64,000 nt of DNA from Bdellovibrionales bacterium (lineage in GTDB: Bacteria; Bdellovibrionota; Bdellovibrionia; Bdellovibrionales; JAUICD01). The position numbers and the translations under genes are program-made. A model generated the notes under the pieces. It ran no database searches and was not told where the DNA came from. It worked only from the letters and a program-made list of their open reading frames with translations. Numbering within the stretch: position 1 is the stretch's first letter; every line of letters starts with the position of its first letter. Shown one piece after another: positions 6,997 through 16,688 of this stretch. Location of the stretch: NCBI GenBank assembly GCA_965203875.1, contig OZ241914.1, forward strand, positions 333,209 through 397,208. Direction: 5' to 3'.

Positions 6997-9714
6997 TTAT
7001 TTAAGTGCGTCTATACACTTAGAGCAAATATCAGGTAACTCTTTAGAAGAATTAACGGTAATGCTAAAATTCCAGCACCTAGCACATTTCTTACCCGCAG
7101 CTTTTTTAGCTATTATACTAGACTCACCCAAGTTTAGTTTCAATTCTGACACAATAAAAAGTTCACGCAAATCGTCTTTATAAGAATTAAGAACATCATA
7201 AATTTCTTTTGGTTGGGATAAGATAAGTTGTGCTTCTAGACTGGAACCTATCTGTTTTGACTCTCTTAACTCTTCTAATTTTTTCTTTGCCTGATCCCTG
7301 ATCTCAAATATGGTCTCATACCTACTAGCCAATTTAGGGTTATCCCACTCGTCTTTTGTGTCTGGCATATTGGTTAAAAATATACTCTTTTTTGTTTTAT
7401 TGGGTAGGAATGTATAAACTTCTTCTGCTAAGAAACTCAATATAGGGGCCATAAGTCTAGTTAAATTATAGGTTAGATAAAAAAGTGCCGTCTGTGTTGA
7501 TTTTCTTAAATGGCCAGTTTTTTTACTGGTATATAATCTATCCTTTACTATATCTAAGTATAAAGAAGATAGGTCTACACTAAAGAAGTTATTTAATAAA
7601 TGGTATATCTTAAAAAACTCATGATTTTCATAGTGTTCTTTGGTCGTCTTAATTATGTTATTTAGTCTATGTAAAATCCATTGTTCTAGCATATGCAGTT
7701 TGTTATATGAAATTGGATTTTTATAATCAAATTCATCCAAGTTGCCCAACATGAATCTCATAGTGTTTCTTATTCGTCTGTAGGTCTCTTTTAGTCTATC
7801 AAAGGATTCTGGACTACAGTGTATATCTTGAGTGTAGTCTTCGTGAGAAGCCCACAATCTAAGTATTTCTGCTCCGTCTTTTTGGATTATCTTTTTTGGG
7901 TCTACTACGTTACCTCTGCTTTTACTCATTTTTACACCTTTAGAAAACATAACAAATCCATGGGTGATTACCTGTTTAAACGGAGCAACTTTTTGTTTAG
8001 CTATAGAGGTTAGTAAGCTTGTATGAAACCATCCTCTATGTTGGTCGCTGCCTTCTAAGTATATATCAGCTGGAAAAGGCCTTTTTTGATAATTTGCATA
8101 AGCCCAAGCAATACCACTATCGAACCAAACATCCAGTATGTCCTTTCCCTTTATAAAGTTGTGTGCCCCACAACAAGATATGGTTTTTTTTATTAGTGTA
8201 TCTATGTCGTTTGACCAATATTCTTCTATTCCATTACCATTTTGAATTAGATCAGCTATTTTTAGCATTGTTTTTTTATCAGCATGTGCTTTTTTACATT
8301 TAGCACAGTAGAATACTGGGATAGGGACACCCCATATTCTTTGTCTACTTATACACCAATCAGGGCGAGCTTCTATCATAGAGCCTATTCTGTTCAAACC
8401 CCATTTTGGGAGCCAAGAAACTTTGTTAATTTGTTCTAGTGCAAGCTTTCTTACGTTTAGTTTATCATGATCCATTTTAAAAAACCATTGAGGAGTGGTT
8501 CTAAATATTATAGGTGTTTTGCTCCTCCAGCAATGAGGGTAACTATGTTTAATTGTTTCAGAAAAAACCAAGTGTTTTGATTGTTTGAATCTTTCTATTA
8601 ATAAATTGTTAGCTTCAAATACATGCATTCCTTTGTAATCTGGAACTTGATCTGTATACTTCCCAAATTCATCCACCGGACTAAATATTTCCAGATCATA
8701 TTTTTTACCCAGCTCGAAATCTTCTTGCCCATGCCCTGGTGCTGTATGAACTATACCAGTGCCTGTTTCTAAAGTTACATGATCGCCCAGTACAACAGGT
8801 GATTCTTTTTCTGGATACATTATATGACTTGTCTTTAGATCACAGAGTTTACTTCCTTTAAATGAAGAAGATATTTTTTTAATACTAAGATTTGTTGTTT
8901 TTTCAAAATGATCTTTTAGTCCATCTGCCATTATTACATGGTCGTTATCCAGTTTATAAACACTGTAATCAAAATCTTTATCCACCGCATGTGCTCTATT
9001 TGCAGGTATTGTCCAAGGTGTAGTTGTCCAAATCATTATATGTAAGTTGTCGTATTTAAAGCTGCTAGAACTATTTACAACTGGGAATTTTACGTAGATA
9101 GAAGGGCTTTTGTGTTCAAAGTATTCTATTTCTGCTTCTGCAAGTGAGGTCTGTAGAGCGTAGCACCAGTAAACAGCTTTTTCACCTCTGTAAATAAGTC
9201 CTTTTTCTACCAGATCAGCAAGTATTCTGATTTGGCAAGCTTCATATTCTTTATCTAAAGTAAGGCAAGGCTTGTTCCAAGAGGCTAGAACCCCAAACCT
9301 AGCAAATTGTTCAGATTGAATTTTCACCCATTTGTTTGCTTCATCTCTACAAAGGGATCTAATGTTAGCGTCTGACTTTTCATCTTGTTTGATCTTTTTG
9401 GTTACAATATGTTCAATAGGCAAACCATGACAATCCCAGCTTGGTACAAATTCAGCACTAAACCCTGTCATATTCTTATATTTTATTACTATATCCTTTA
9501 GCACTTTGTTTAAAACATGACCCATATGCAAATCACCATTGGCGTAAGGAGGTCCATCTATTAAAACAAAAGGTTTTTTATTTTGTTTAATTTGAGCTTG
9601 GTGTAGGCTCATGTCTTTCCATCTTTGGATAATTTCAGGTTCTCTTGCTGAGAGATTTCCTTTCATCGGAAATTGAGTTTTGGGAAGATTAAGTGTATGC
9701 CTGTAGCCTTTCAT
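6997..9714 (-). CDS. ileS: Isoleucine--tRNA ligase
   Basis: 905 aa. HIGH-type motif GDLHMGHV, KMSKS (VKMSKSRGN), C-terminal zinc knuckles CARCWN...CSKC. Confidence 0.95.
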   Translation of the reverse strand: MKGYRHTLNLPKTQFPMKGNLSAREPEIIQRWKDMSLHQAQIKQNKKPFVLIDGPPYANGDLHMGHVLNKVLKDIVIKYKNMTGFSAEFVPSWDCHGLPIEHIVTKKIKQDEKSDANIRSLCRDEANKWVKIQSEQFARFGVLASWNKPCLTLDKEYEACQIRILADLVEKGLIYRGEKAVYWCYALQTSLAEAEIEYFEHKSPSIYVKFPVVNSSSSFKYDNLHIMIWTTTPWTIPANRAHAVDKDFDYSVYKLDNDHVIMADGLKDHFEKTTNLSIKKISSSFKGSKLCDLKTSHIMYPEKESPVVLGDHVTLETGTGIVHTAPGHGQEDFELGKKYDLEIFSPVDEFGKYTDQVPDYKGMHVFEANNLLIERFKQSKHLVFSETIKHSYPHCWRSKTPIIFRTTPQWFFKMDHDKLNVRKLALEQINKVSWLPKWGLNRIGSMIEARPDWCISRQRIWGVPIPVFYCAKCKKAHADKKTMLKIADLIQNGNGIEEYWSNDIDTLIKKTISCCGAHNFIKGKDILDVWFDSGIAWAYANYQKRPFPADIYLEGSDQHRGWFHTSLLTSIAKQKVAPFKQVITHGFVMFSKGVKMSKSRGNVVDPKKIIQKDGAEILRLWASHEDYTQDIHCSPESFDRLKETYRRIRNTMRFMLGNLDEFDYKNPISYNKLHMLEQWILHRLNNIIKTTKEHYENHEFFKIYHLLNNFFSVDLSSLYLDIVKDRLYTSKKTGHLRKSTQTALFYLTYNLTRLMAPILSFLAEEVYTFLPNKTKKSIFLTNMPDTKDEWDNPKLASRYETIFEIRDQAKKKLEELRESKQIGSSLEAQLILSQPKEIYDVLNSYKDDLRELFIVSELKLNLGESSIIAKKAAGKKCARCWNFSITVNSSKELPDICSKCIDALK

Positions 9715-9914
9715 GACTAAAACTCCTAGAGTTGACCCTTAATAATAAGGACTGCTATATCAAATATCAAAACAACTATTCATTTAAAAATCCAACAAAC
9801 ACATCATACACCAGATCACACGCATAGCGTCACGATGTGTTTGTTGATCTGCATACAGGAGGACATTTTTATTCTTGAAAAACGTTGTTGTGCAAACTAG
9901 TCTTTGGACGATTT

Positions 9915-10196
9915 ATGGGTTTATCAGAAGTACAAATGCAGAGAATGGCTAGGAATGTCGTGGATATGCTTGAACAAAATAATGCCGCAAAATTTTTATC
10001 TGCAAAAGAGACGGTGGTATCTAAAGTATCAGAGATTATTAAAAATAATTTTAATTTAGAAAAAGAGTTAGATCGTGAGGTTAATGTATTAGTTGATCAG
10101 CTAATTGCAAACTCAAATGATAAAGCACTTGATAGGCATAAAATGTTTAAAATGGCAAAAGAGCGATTGGCCAAACAAAAAGGTTTTGTTTTATGA
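9915..10196 (+). CDS. DUF507 family protein
   Basis: About 93 aa helical protein (MGLSEVQMQRMARNVVDMLEQ...), first of two tandem overlapping DUF507-like genes. The ATG at 9915 is preferred over the ORF-track start at 9885. Confidence 0.65.
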   Translation: MGLSEVQMQRMARNVVDMLEQNNAAKFLSAKETVVSKVSEIIKNNFNLEKELDREVNVLVDQLIANSNDKALDRHKMFKMAKERLAKQKGFVL

Positions 10197-10450
10197 TTTC
10201 TTTAGATAGACAATCTTTTTTGGCAAAGGAAATTATAAATGGTATGGATGGGTTTTTGAAATTTGAGAATAAAGACAGAGCTCTAAAGTTGGCTAAAAAA
10301 GTTATTTTCGATTTTGCTTCTGGTTTAGAAGATATAGATGTTGTGGTTAAACAAAAGATTGCATCTATAAAAAGAGGTATTTTAGAAGGTACAAATGAGT
10401 GGAAAGCATTGTACGACAGATTTTATCTAGAAGAGGCAAAAAAGAGATGA
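10193..10450 (+). CDS. DUF507 family protein (second copy)
   Basis: 85 aa. ATGA overlap with the preceding gene and a similar helical pattern. Confidence 0.6.
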   Translation: MISLDRQSFLAKEIINGMDGFLKFENKDRALKLAKKVIFDFASGLEDIDVVVKQKIASIKRGILEGTNEWKALYDRFYLEEAKKR

Positions 10451-11715
10451 GAATTTTTATTACATGTATGTTTATTGCCAGCGTTGGATGGGGCTTTGAT
10501 CTGAATCTACACGGAAATTATAAATTTGAAGGCACGACTATTAGTCAATCAGAAAAATCTAAGGCATATTTGATTCACAATTTGACACTAAACCCCCAGA
10601 TAATCGCTGCGGATGACGTGTATATTCATGCAAGATTAGATATATTTAACAATGATTATTTGGGATACTTGGGAGGAGATTTTTTAGGCGGCAAAAGAGG
10701 TGGAGGCTATCAATATCAAATTCCATCAGGTGTAAATGCTAACCTAGCCTATATTTCTTGGACCATTGAGCATGGTAATTTAATGCTAGGTAGGATCCCA
10801 TTGGACTTTGGATTGGGATTAAATTTATCTTCTAGAGGTAGACACTATATAGACAATATGGATGGAGTTGCGTTTAAGGCGGTGATGGGTAATTTTGCTA
10901 TCACACCCGCTTATGGGATAGTTAAAACTGATAAAACAAAAATTCACTCCAGTGAGTATATGGGTAGTGCGATATACGAAAATCCAGAAATTTTATTTGG
11001 TGCCCTCTACCACAAAAGGATTGGTCATGTTGATGGAACAGAGTTAGATGGTATATATGGTACCGATGGGTTTACTTCAAAGGGTAAAGTTAATATCAGA
11101 TCATTAAATTTTCATGCCGAAAAATCTATTAGCAAATTTAAGATTAGAACTGAAATAGGCACTCAAACTGGTGATACCGGCATAGGTGCTGAAAACGGAA
11201 ATGAGCTTAAGATAGATTCATTTGGACTAGTTGCTAAAGTCAGTTCTGATGAAGTAATTGATACAATAGAGATTGGCCTTAACATGGGTTATATATCTGG
11301 GGATGACCCACAAACAGCAGACGTATATGAAGGCTATTTAGTAGATAGAGATTATGATGTTGGTTTAATTTTATTTAACCAAGTGTTAAGACAAAATATT
11401 TTAGGTACTCATAAGCTTTTAACTAACGAAGGGTTGGAATTGAATAATGCAGCTGACTTTGAATTTTTAACTAATGCTTTTTATCTCTCTCCTGAAGTAA
11501 AATTTCCTGTAGCTGAAAAAGTAGATTTAAAGGCCAGCATTATATGGGCTAGAGTTTTGCAAAATACTAGCAACAACTTTGAAATAGACGTAACAACCAG
11601 TTACAACATTACTGATGAAGCCAGCTTTTCGCTAGATTTAGGATACCTTTTTCCAAGTTCTGCTAGACCTGATAGGGCAATGATTGCTCAGGCTTATTTA
11701 GCTATAGATTTCTAA
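10447..11715 (+). CDS. Putative outer-membrane beta-barrel protein
   Basis: Signal-like MRIFITCMFIASVGWG, alternating beta-strand pattern, C-terminal ...AYLAIDF (terminal Phe). ATGA overlap with the upstream gene. Confidence 0.6.
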   Translation: MRIFITCMFIASVGWGFDLNLHGNYKFEGTTISQSEKSKAYLIHNLTLNPQIIAADDVYIHARLDIFNNDYLGYLGGDFLGGKRGGGYQYQIPSGVNANLAYISWTIEHGNLMLGRIPLDFGLGLNLSSRGRHYIDNMDGVAFKAVMGNFAITPAYGIVKTDKTKIHSSEYMGSAIYENPEILFGALYHKRIGHVDGTELDGIYGTDGFTSKGKVNIRSLNFHAEKSISKFKIRTEIGTQTGDTGIGAENGNELKIDSFGLVAKVSSDEVIDTIEIGLNMGYISGDDPQTADVYEGYLVDRDYDVGLILFNQVLRQNILGTHKLLTNEGLELNNAADFEFLTNAFYLSPEVKFPVAEKVDLKASIIWARVLQNTSNNFEIDVTTSYNITDEASFSLDLGYLFPSSARPDRAMIAQAYLAIDF

Positions 11716-14226
11716 TATCTTTAGGGATTCTTTTACAATATTATCAGAGTTTATTCCGTGGTAAGAATATATGTCACTGGGTCTTCCACATTTGGAATGC
11801 TTTCTTGTAGCAAGTGTGCTAGCCTTTACTCCTAGTACAGAACCTGCATTATCTAAAAGACCTGGCTCACCATCATGTACGGTAATTATAGGCACTTCTT
11901 TTTCCATTAGATGAAAAAACTGTGAAAAATTATTTTCACAAGCTAAGTTGCCTAATAATAAATCGGGACTTGTTACTACAGATACATTTGCATAAATTCC
12001 ATACTTTAATAATTCCAAAGATGCAGTGATAACTTCAGTTGTTGGAGATCCCATAGATAACAGATTAATTACATTATCTTCTGGTTCATATGCATGGTAG
12101 TTAGAAAAGTGTATCAAGTTATACCCGCCTTTTAATACATCATGCTTGATTGTATTTAAGATGGTAGCATTATCTAAACTTTTAACAGTTGGTTCATAAG
12201 CAAAACTGCCATTTTTTTCTGTACTCAAAGTAACGGTTTCTGTTTTAAATCTGCTTTGTTTTTTTAAATGCTTTAAAAAATCTTTTTGATCTACACCTCT
12301 TGTAGTGGCTCTGATTAACACACCTGTACGAGCTTGATTATCTCCTGTAACATGTTTTTTTAATGTATCTACAAAAATCCAATCCATCTCCTGACAAAAA
12401 AATGGTTCCCATGTGATTTGGTTAGGGATTTGAAAATCTGATTTCCAACCATGTTGTGCTCCTTCAGGCGATAAGGTTATTCCAGAAGGCGTGCCTACTA
12501 GGATAAAATTAGAATCCCAATACAAGTTATAAAAATATTGATCATGTGCTCTTTTGATAAAAAAATCATACACAGACATTATAGGTATTATCGGAACACC
12601 CAATATCTCTTTTATCTTACCAAAAGAGCCGACACAGCTCATTGTGTTGGCTTCTGTTATTTCAAATCTTAAAAATCTGTTTATCTTATTTTTGTCAGGC
12701 ACTAGATGCGGAGACTTAGGGTCTCTTACTTTCAGATCGGTTTCTAAGTCATTTACCTTACTTCCATACACTTTTCCATCCATAGATGGATTTAAGTTTG
12801 TAGAAGTTCCAACATCTGGAGACATTATAGCCAACAAATTGGCTATGGGTTTAAATGCAAGCTCATTTTTTTCCACTTTTGTATTCGCAATTCTAGTGAG
12901 TTTGGCTATTAGCTGACCAAGCATCCACTGTGTATGAGGGAAAATTGCAAACTTTAGATTGATATCTAAACTATCTGGAATGTTATCCAATTTAATTTTA
13001 TTTTTATCCTTTAGGTTTGATACCTTTTTAAAATCATTTAGTAGTTTCTTGTGTCTTTTTTGTAAAAACGAATATTCATTTGTTCCGGATTTGAAAAGTT
13101 CAAACGCATTTTGTATATCTTCATTTTTTTTCAAAGCTTCGACTTCTTTTTTATCAGGTAGCGTATTGTGATTTGAACATATGGCCTTTGATTCAAGGCC
13201 CCACCCTTTGATAGTGTGTGCAATTATTATAGTTGGCTTATCTGACCTTTTACTTTCAATTAAACATTTAATTATTTGTTCAAAATCATGACCTCCAAAG
13301 TCATTTAGACCTCGTATTAAATCTTTATCACTAACCCTATCTAAAAATGGCTTTATCTTGGAATTTTTTTCTAATATTTTTTTTCTCACTTCAGATATGT
13401 TGGAAGATAATAAAATGGCCTGTAGTTCAAAATCAGATAATTGTTCTTCTAGTAAATCTTTAAACTCTCCACCTTGCTTAAATAATTTTTTTCTAAAACT
13501 TCCATGTTGAAGCATAATACAATTCCAACCATTGGCTTTAGCGGTATCATATATTCTTTTACTATCGTTTCCATATACGTCCTGATCAATAACTCTATGT
13601 CCATCCAAGCTTTGCCTGTTATAATCTATTATCCATGTTACATTATTTAATTTTCTTTCGGCAAAATCAGGCATTGCTTCCATGAGCGATCCTTCTCTAA
13701 ATTCTGAATCACCAATCAAAGCCCAAAAGTGAGCATCTTTAGGAGTTTCAAAGCCATGTGCTTCAACAAATTTGTAAGCTAAGGCCAAGTAGCCTAAATT
13801 AACAGGAGGTATACCTACTGTTCCTGATGGAAGAAATCCAGCATGATCCGGATCATACTTTGAATGGTAAGACTGAAATACATAATCATTTTTAGAAAAA
13901 GCTCTTAAATTATGCATAGCTTTTTTAGCTTCATTTTTATTTATTGGATTTAAATTTTTATCCAAAAATAAGTTTAAAAGATAATTGTAAGAATGATCCG
14001 TAGGCGAAGCATGAGGTTTTACTGCCATGTAATCTTGGCCTGATTTTACTACTAAATGCAATGCTCCTAATAAATGTAAGCAACTAGATGAAGCTGCAGG
14101 ATGTCCACCTACTTTAGGATCGCCTTTTTGCTTATCTTCTCTGTTATTTGCCAGATAGATCATCTGGGTAGCTAGGTATAAAGCTCTTCTAGCTATAGAG
14201 TTTAATAGGCTAATGTCATATTCCAT
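11698..14226 (-). CDS. 2-oxoacid (pyruvate) dehydrogenase E1 component, homodimeric AceE type
   Basis: 842 aa. KVGGHPAASSS and the ThDP motif GDSEFREGSLMEAM...NNVTWIIDYNRQSLDG resemble AceE. There is no adjacent E2 gene. Confidence 0.75.
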   Translation of the reverse strand: MEYDISLLNSIARRALYLATQMIYLANNREDKQKGDPKVGGHPAASSSCLHLLGALHLVVKSGQDYMAVKPHASPTDHSYNYLLNLFLDKNLNPINKNEAKKAMHNLRAFSKNDYVFQSYHSKYDPDHAGFLPSGTVGIPPVNLGYLALAYKFVEAHGFETPKDAHFWALIGDSEFREGSLMEAMPDFAERKLNNVTWIIDYNRQSLDGHRVIDQDVYGNDSKRIYDTAKANGWNCIMLQHGSFRKKLFKQGGEFKDLLEEQLSDFELQAILLSSNISEVRKKILEKNSKIKPFLDRVSDKDLIRGLNDFGGHDFEQIIKCLIESKRSDKPTIIIAHTIKGWGLESKAICSNHNTLPDKKEVEALKKNEDIQNAFELFKSGTNEYSFLQKRHKKLLNDFKKVSNLKDKNKIKLDNIPDSLDINLKFAIFPHTQWMLGQLIAKLTRIANTKVEKNELAFKPIANLLAIMSPDVGTSTNLNPSMDGKVYGSKVNDLETDLKVRDPKSPHLVPDKNKINRFLRFEITEANTMSCVGSFGKIKEILGVPIIPIMSVYDFFIKRAHDQYFYNLYWDSNFILVGTPSGITLSPEGAQHGWKSDFQIPNQITWEPFFCQEMDWIFVDTLKKHVTGDNQARTGVLIRATTRGVDQKDFLKHLKKQSRFKTETVTLSTEKNGSFAYEPTVKSLDNATILNTIKHDVLKGGYNLIHFSNYHAYEPEDNVINLLSMGSPTTEVITASLELLKYGIYANVSVVTSPDLLLGNLACENNFSQFFHLMEKEVPIITVHDGEPGLLDNAGSVLGVKASTLATRKHSKCGRPSDIYSYHGINSDNIVKESLKILEIYS

Positions 14227-14318
14227 TTATGCATCCAAGTAAAAAAGTAATGATATAACAATCAAGAAATTTTTTCAAGCATACGATTTTCTTACGTTCA
14301 TAATAGACGATAGGTTAC

Positions 14319-15908
14319 TTATCTATTTGCCTGCTTTTTTTGTGAGATGGCAGCTTTGACCAAACCATTAAACAGAGGATGAGGTAAAAAAGGTTTTGAT
14401 TGAAATTCAGGATGGAACTGAACTCCTATAAACCAAGGATGATCCTTTAGTTCAATCATTTCAACCAAATTTCTTTTTTGATTTATACCAGATATAATCA
14501 TACCATGCTTTTTCAAAATATCTTTGTATTTATTATTTAACTCGTATCGATGTCGATGTCTTTCTGTTATATAAGGTTTCTTATAGATTTTTTTTGCTAT
14601 GGTGCTGGGTGATAGGTGACATTTGTATGAACCTAATCGCATTGTGCCACCTTTATTTAGAGTTTTTACTTGATCTTTCATAGTGTGTATAACATATTTT
14701 CCTTTTTTCGAAAACTCACTGCTAGTTGCTGATTCCATATTACAAACATTTCTTGCATATTCAATTATACAAACTTGCATTCCAAGGCATATTCCTAGAT
14801 AAGGGATTTTATTCTCCCTAGCTATCTTAGCTGCAAGAATCTTACCTTCTATTCCTCTATTTCCAAAACCTCCTGGAATTATAATTGCATTTATGTTTTT
14901 TAAATGACTTTCTTTAAATTTTTCTGAATCTATATACACTACCTCAATTTTAGCTCTATTTTTTATACCACCATGTATGATTGCTTCATGTAATGATTTA
15001 TAACTTTCTTTTAGATTTACATATTTTCCTACAAGAGCTATTTTTATTTCTACATTGGCTGATTTTAGATCACTAACAACTTTATCCCATTTAGTTAAAT
15101 TAGGCTTATTACTCTTAAGTTTGAGAGTTTTAACTATATTAGTATCTAAATTTTCTTTGTGCATCAATATTGGCAAGGTGTAAATCGAATCCACATTTGG
15201 AGATGAGATTATTTTGTCCATGTTTACACTACATTGTAGGGATATTTTTTCTTTGGCACTTATGCTGATCTTATCAGTGCTTCTGCATATTAAAAAATCT
15301 GGCTGTAAACCTAAACTCCTAAGCTCTCTTACTGAGTGCTGTGTTGGTTTTGTTTTAATTTCGCCTGCGGATGCAATTTCAGGAATCAATGTTACATGAA
15401 CTATAACAGAATTGGATACTCCCTTAGTGCTTCTGATTTGACGTATAGTTTCTAAAAAAGGTAGACCTTCAATATCACCTACCGTTCCACCAATCTCTAC
15501 TAAAGTGATGTCTTTATTTTTGGATACTTTAAAGATTCTTCTTTTGATCTCATCAGTTATATGAGGAATCACTTGCACCGTTCCACCTAGATAATCGCCT
15601 TTTCTTTCATTTTGTATGACTGTTTCATATATTTGACCTGTGCTTACGCTATTTTGATAAGACATTGTGCAATTAGTAAATCTTTCGTAATGACCTAGAT
15701 CAAGATCTGTTTCAGCTCCATCTTCTGTAACATATACTTCGCCATGTTGGAATGGGTTCATAGTACCTGGATCTACGTTAATATAAGGGTCAAATTTTAT
15801 TATGGATATTTTAAATCCTCTTGCTTCTAACAGTGTAGCAATAGATGCTGTTGCTAGACCTTTGCCAACTGACGATGCCACACCTCCTGTTATAAAAATA
15901 TATTTCAA
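14319..15908 (-). CDS. pyrG: CTP synthase
   Basis: MKYIFITGGVASSVGKG N-terminus; GATase domain GICLGMQ...HRHRYE; 529 aa. Confidence 0.95.
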   Translation of the reverse strand: MKYIFITGGVASSVGKGLATASIATLLEARGFKISIIKFDPYINVDPGTMNPFQHGEVYVTEDGAETDLDLGHYERFTNCTMSYQNSVSTGQIYETVIQNERKGDYLGGTVQVIPHITDEIKRRIFKVSKNKDITLVEIGGTVGDIEGLPFLETIRQIRSTKGVSNSVIVHVTLIPEIASAGEIKTKPTQHSVRELRSLGLQPDFLICRSTDKISISAKEKISLQCSVNMDKIISSPNVDSIYTLPILMHKENLDTNIVKTLKLKSNKPNLTKWDKVVSDLKSANVEIKIALVGKYVNLKESYKSLHEAIIHGGIKNRAKIEVVYIDSEKFKESHLKNINAIIIPGGFGNRGIEGKILAAKIARENKIPYLGICLGMQVCIIEYARNVCNMESATSSEFSKKGKYVIHTMKDQVKTLNKGGTMRLGSYKCHLSPSTIAKKIYKKPYITERHRHRYELNNKYKDILKKHGMIISGINQKRNLVEMIELKDHPWFIGVQFHPEFQSKPFLPHPLFNGLVKAAISQKKQANR

Positions 15909-15973
15909 TTTAACCTACCTCAACACTTGATGGTTTAGCAGTTGGCTTATAACGGCTATTCCTAATTTAACTT

Positions 15974-16525
15974 CTATGCAGTTGATTTTGTAAGTGCATC
16001 ATTCATTGATTTTTTAATCAAAGGCAAGCCTTCTTTAGTTTTTGAAGAATGAACAAATACATAATCTGTTTCTGATAACTTTTTTATCTCTTTTAATTTT
16101 ATTTTTGATTTTTTTGATTTATCAGCTTTGCTTAAAACTATGTAAATAGGAATAGATCTCTTTTTAGCAAAAGTGAAGAGCATCATCTCGTCATTGGTTA
16201 AATCTCTTCTTATGTCCATTACAAGTACTAGTAGTTTTAGAGATGATCTAGTGATCAAATAATTTTCAACCATATTTTTCCATTTATTAATTTCAGAAAT
16301 ACTTCTTTTTGCATAGCCATACCCTGGCATATCAACCAATATATAATTTCCCATGTTAAAAAAGTTTAAAAGATTGGTCTTACCAGGAGTTTTAGATACC
16401 CTGGCAACTTTACTACCAGATAAAGAATTCAAAAACGAGGATTTGCCGGAGTTAGACCTACCCACAAGAGCGACCTCAGGCAAAGAACTTGTAAAATATT
16501 TATCAACACAACTCTTTATAAACAC
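15974..16525 (-). CDS. engB: Ribosome biogenesis GTPase YsxC/EngB
   Basis: G1 GRSNSGKSS, G3 DMPGYG, G4-like SKADK; 183 aa. Confidence 0.9.
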   Translation of the reverse strand: MFIKSCVDKYFTSSLPEVALVGRSNSGKSSFLNSLSGSKVARVSKTPGKTNLLNFFNMGNYILVDMPGYGYAKRSISEINKWKNMVENYLITRSSLKLLVLVMDIRRDLTNDEMMLFTFAKKRSIPIYIVLSKADKSKKSKIKLKEIKKLSETDYVFVHSSKTKEGLPLIKKSMNDALTKSTA

Positions 16526-16643
16526 AACTTTGTCTCATTTTTAGGACTGAAAGTCTCAAAAACGGTACTAAAGCTAAGGTTTTAGCCACCTAGTGTCAAC
16601 AAATTTATAAGTGTTTATAAGTAGAAAGCTTACAACATGTAAT

Positions 16644-16659
16644 TGGCACAATTTTTGAT
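16644..16659 (+). promoter_or_regulatory. Candidate sigma-54 (-24/-12) promoter TGGCAC-N5-TTGA
   Basis: TTGGCACAATTTTTGAT matches TGGCAC-N5-TTGC at every position except the final C. It lies about 30 nt upstream of the EBP start codon. Confidence 0.45.
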
Positions 16660-16688
16660 TGTGTACATTTAGATAAATGGAGGTCTTT

